In this document: piece by piece, positions 59,760 to 64,000 of the stretch
How the letters are laid out: each line of letters begins with the position of its first letter
Numbering within the stretch: the first letter of the stretch is position 1
Assembly (NCBI GenBank): GCA_030704615.1
Contig: CM060732.1
Location: 27,466,001 to 27,530,000, forward strand
Source of the DNA: Takakia lepidozioides
Taxonomy: Eukaryota > Plantae > Bryophyta
Length of the DNA stretch: 64,000 bases
Direction of reading: 5' to 3'
Notes under the pieces: generated by a model
Database searches by the model: none
What the model was told of the DNA's origin: nothing
Seen by the model: only the letters and a program-made list of their open reading frames with translations
Position numbers and translations under genes: made by a program

Positions 59760-60860
59760 TGTGGAGCGTTTAGGGGGGTGCAAATGTATCGAGCGTCGAT
59801 TGGTTGGGTTTGATAAACATGATGTTGGTGGGTGAGCGCTAAGTAATTGGTGTTAGTTGTTCTGTAGAAGGTGATAAGGAGGTTACGGTTGTGAATAAGG
59901 TCGCAATCATCATGGGACCCAAAGAGGTCGTCTTCGATCTGCCAGGTGTTATCAGTTGCAGGGAAACCCGCCCATTTACATAGGTAATATGTGTCAACAC
60001 AAGTGGCGCCGTATACGTCAAGAGAGGTTTGAGTCTTGATGCCGAGAATAGCTTCAATGACAAAGGCCTCGGGGTGGTTGGGGTTGGCTAGGCAGGGGGA
60101 AAGATGGGGGGTAGGGGGGTTTAGAGGGTGGGGGGGAAGTTGCTCATGGCAATTAACGGGGACAGGGGGGGGGGGGGGGGGAGAAGCGGGGGAGGGGGTT
60201 GGGAGTCGGGGAGAGGGAGCTTCGGAGAGTTATGGAAGGCCGTAAGCTGTTGTAGTATTGAGGGGGCTAGGGCCGTTTTGAATTATGGGAGGAGGTCTTG
60301 CTTGTTATGGGGGAAGAGTAGGCATGGTAGGTCACAGTCGAGGGTGCACAAGGCTGTCTGGTGACAAAATAAAGATCGGAGATGAAGCATGTATCTACAT
60401 GTTTTGATGGTAGCACGGGAGTGTTTCAGGGTAAATTGGTTTGGAGTAAGCAGCCGGTTCCCCGTGGCAGTTGTGAGCTGGGTGAGAGTAGTAATATGAC
60501 GTGCCTTAAAGTAGGCAAGGACAAGTTTCCTTTCACGGGGGTGACTGGTTTCAAATTGAGTGAAGAATGGGCTGCTGAGCCATGCCCGTTCAAGTTGAGA
60601 TATGGAGTTGGGGTATCCGGGGAGGTCGGTTTGAATGCTGATTTTCAATTGTCGTAGGATAAATAACGTGCGGGCGGTGGGGGAGTGGAGGCAGGATTGG
60701 GAGTGGAGAGGTGGGAGGGAGTATAAGCCATTATATTTATACGCTATGTGTTTAAAGAGTCATCGGAAGATTAGTCCGAGGCGGCCTGGGTCGTTAAGGG
60801 CCTCTATAAGTTGGGAGCTGAGGGTGTGAGCGTATGAGATGATTAGAGGGCTAGAACCGA
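59760..60860 (-). mobile_element. Inverted fragments of a Dualen/RandI-like LINE
   Basis: Strongly C-rich minus strand with the same bias as 61040-62900. Broken ORFs such as HITTLTQLTTATGNRLL. Confidence 0.45.
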
Positions 60861-61039
60861 TCCCAAAACTATCCTGGGGGAGTTCTTATGTGGCCAGAAC
60901 TCATAACATGAAAAAACAACCAGATAGGCAGCGGGTCTCCAAGAAATGAACCTGCATTGCATGAGACATAGGGAAAACAGTCCAAACATCTACAACTTCC
61001 TCCAGAAGTAATACCGTTAGCCGCTATTGAACCCAACCA

Positions 61040-62900
61040 TCTTCGCTACACACACACCCTACTATTCCCAAAATACCTCTGCCACAAGGAAACTACTCTG
61101 ACCCTAATTCTGTTTGTCTAAGCTACCTCATGCCCCCCCATACCCTCCGACTTCCCCGCTCATCTCAATCGTCTACTTTCCGATACCCATAGCATGTTAC
61201 TCACGCCATACTCACCTCCACCCACATGCAACCCCACCGCTAGACTACCCATTAAGCTAAATGCATGGACCTTAGCGCCCCCCCACCCCAGCCCCACCCA
61301 TACTATCTCCCACAACGCCCCCCCCCCCCCCCCGGTTCACCTTGGGCCCACTTCCCCAAAATACCCCTCCCTCCACTCATACTACACAGACGGCTCCCAA
61401 TCTGGCTCTCGCGCCGGATACGGCGTCTACCATGCCACTACTAACAATGGTACCGCACATCGTCTCCCAGGCCCCGCGACCATACTCCGCTCCAAACATA
61501 TGGCCATTTTTTAGGCTCTGTCAAACTGGCCTCGTTCCCACCCCCATCCTATACATTCACAGATAGCCTAAATTCTCTCTTTATACTTCGCAACCACTTG
61601 GCTTGCCCCTCCTCCCACCTCCACCACCCCGATCGAAACCTTATCATTATCAACCTAGCCATAATTTCCATCAATAAACCTTTTCATCTTCTCAAAGTTC
61701 GTTCACACATAGGTATCCACGGCAACGAGGAGGTTGACCTCCTCGCCCAACCAGGTGCCTCCCAACCTACAGTTGAACCCTTGGATGACCCCATACACAT
61801 CGCTCATACTCACCCATTTTGGCTCATACACCCAGTCCCTGATCCCCTAGCGCCCAGGCCAATCCGTAATCTTCTGACTACCCTGACCAAATAAGCCAAT
61901 AAACAGGCCTCTACCTCTCTCAGCCATACCAAACTGCATATCCAAAAGTGGACCCTCTCCGATGTACTCCACCATAAACTCTCCAACCACTCCCGGCACA
62001 CCAAAGCTGTATCAGACGCTCAAATACGACAAACCCTTAAATTCCGATACGCCCAGTACATGGGCTATCAACGCAAACACATCTTCTGGCCAGCCATATA
62101 CCCCTCACCAAACTGCCCTCTGTGCTCCCACATCCACGCCACACGTGATACCTAGCTCCACCTGCTTAGCCAATGCCCCCACCCCGTCATTCATGGGCTT
62201 CGTATTGCACGACACAACCACGTTGTATGGCACATCCACAAACTCCTACAACGACGTAATGAAACTAGATGGTTCTCCCTCATCAATGCGGGCACCTACC
62301 AAGGTCGGCCCCAAACCACACGATACCTACGTGGCTACTCCCCTGTATATGTCGCCCCCACACATCATGTACATGCTCTTCCCGCCTCTGTCCGGATATC
62401 CTCGTAGTCCATGGGCTCCCCATCAATGCTCCACCACCCTCTGCTCCATCTCCCGCCATTACCATACACTTTTTAGAATTCATATTTTGCAATGACCGCT
62501 TCCCCAGCTCCTCCATCCTCGAAAAACGCCAAAAATATGCACCACTCATTTTTGCTATCGGCCGGACGGGATGAGCCACAGGCCCCCTCACTGTCATCAC
62601 TACCGGCACCAAAGGGGGTATCCACAATGCCAGCATCTCTGAACTTCAAAATAACTTTAATCTTCCCATCATCTCCATCCATAAATGCTTCAAAGCTATA
62701 CACCTCACGGCCCTCCGTTCTCTCACTGCTATCATCACCAACAAAAGACAGCTCGAAACAAACCGTGTTCTTGCCTCCTAGATACATATACATGGATACC
62801 CGGCAGGCACCCATGGGGCCTCCCCTTGGGTATGACACCGTACCGTCTCTACCAGATACCACTCCCCCCGACTGGTTAACCGGTGTCCCCTGGACACCGG
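61040..62900 (+). mobile_element. Dualen/RandI-like LINE 3' part: RNase H, CCHC finger, restriction-like endonuclease
   Basis: RNase H motifs YYTDGS...FTDSLNS...KVRSHIGIHGNEEVD. Finger CPLC...HLLSQC...IARHN. Endonuclease LCPDILVV...FLEFIFC...EKRQKYAPL. Confidence 0.82.
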
Positions 62901-63049
62901 TTATTTTTACATAGCCTTGGCCCACCCCTGAAAATGGGCAGTAGCTGCAAGGCGAAGTGGCTCTTAGTTACGCCGGCCTCGGCCGGAGTCTTCTCTCTCT
63001 CTCTCTCTCTCTCTTCAAGGCATCATCGAGCTTCGAGCACCTCAACTAT

Positions 63050-63990
63050 TAAGCGAACTTGGTGGCTCTTGCAAGTTTCGAGTGAGCCTTCGGTGTATAC
63101 GGATTTTTTTACAAACGTATCTTAACTGGTCATACCGGGTTTCCACCACCGCTGCTTCAAAACTACAAGTTGATTGGGCGCAAGGGACCTTGATGGCCCA
63201 AAGGGTAGCATATTACCTGGTTAAATTATTATATAACATTCCACCTGAGCTAGTTGTGAACACGGACCCAACAGGGGTGCACATCGTTCCTGTAGGAGGT
63301 GAAAGGACATGGGAGACTAAGGGTTCTAAGCACATTCATGTGATAGGCCAAGATGACAAAAGACAGATTACTGCAGTTGTTTCATCTGTAGCTACAGGAA
63401 AGTGTCTACCGTTATAAGTGATTTCAATGGAACCACAACTCGTTCACTTCCACCTGCAACTCTTGGTCAAAAGTAATGTCTAGCCGCTGGTTTTCATTTC
63501 ACCAATACTCAAAATCATTGGTCTACCATACAGACTTGCAAGCAGTTTGTGGACATGATCTTATTGCCATACTACGAATCACAATGCAAAGAACTTGGCC
63601 TACCCAATGGACAGAAGATGATATGGCTCATCGATTGCTGGTCAGTACATACTAGTATTGAGTTTAGAGACATGGTGAAGGAATATCCTCAAATATATCT
63701 ATTGTACGTCCCTGCTAATTGTACCGACGTCTTGCAGCCAATAGATGTGGTCATTCAAAGGCCTTTCAAGAATGCATTCAAGAGAGAGTTCAATGGATGG
63801 ACCTGCAACGTAATCAAGTCAAAGCTTGTGAATTTCCTAAGGTTGATCTCCGTCTTGTGACACTGAAATAGCACCTACCCTGTTGGTTGTACAACGCATG
63901 GAACCACATCACACGTGGACGAGAGTGTGAAGAAAGGTTGGAAGAAGATAGGTCTGGACAGGGCATTCAATAGTGACTTCTAGATCGCAG
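63050..63990 (+). mobile_element. pogo/Tc1-mariner-type DDE_1 transposase pseudogene
   Basis: LVVNTDPTG, DDKRQIT, NHWST, LIDCWSVH, VPANCTDVLQPIDV. Stops and frameshifts. Confidence 0.88.
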
Positions 63991-64000
63991 CTATGGAGCC

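Overview
Eukaryotic, repeat-rich nuclear DNA from a land plant, probably a non-seed lineage. Evidence: TTTAGGG telomeric repeats, a PLS-class PPR gene, spliceosomal introns and Crinkler-like kinases. Almost all coding sequence is pseudogenised or transposon-derived. Three things stand out. (1) Penelope-like retroelements (PLEs) of three related subfamilies, called A, B and C here. Each carries a minimal type-I hammerhead ribozyme and ends in (CCCTAAA)n. They sit at internal junctions in chains alternating with telomeric repeats, consistent with DNA ends being extended alternately by telomerase and the PLE reverse transcriptase. (2) A PLS-PPR-E-DYW gene whose 5' exons encode three OSB-type PDF (ssDNA-binding) repeats, plus a second folded-back remnant of the same architecture. 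(3) A cluster of Crinkler-like (header + PD-(D/E)xK nuclease + kinase) pseudogenes with unrelated header exons that share a near-identical intronic repeat. Also present: a Ty3/Gypsy integrase with a C-terminal PHD finger, a CACTA transposase, APE-type and Dualen-like LINEs, a pogo-like transposase, a partly inverted DNA primase small-subunit pseudogene, an amino-methyltransferase-like ORF, a SWIM-finger ORF and two paralogous ORFs sharing an unrecognised domain. All calls come from manual reading and translation; no database searches were run.
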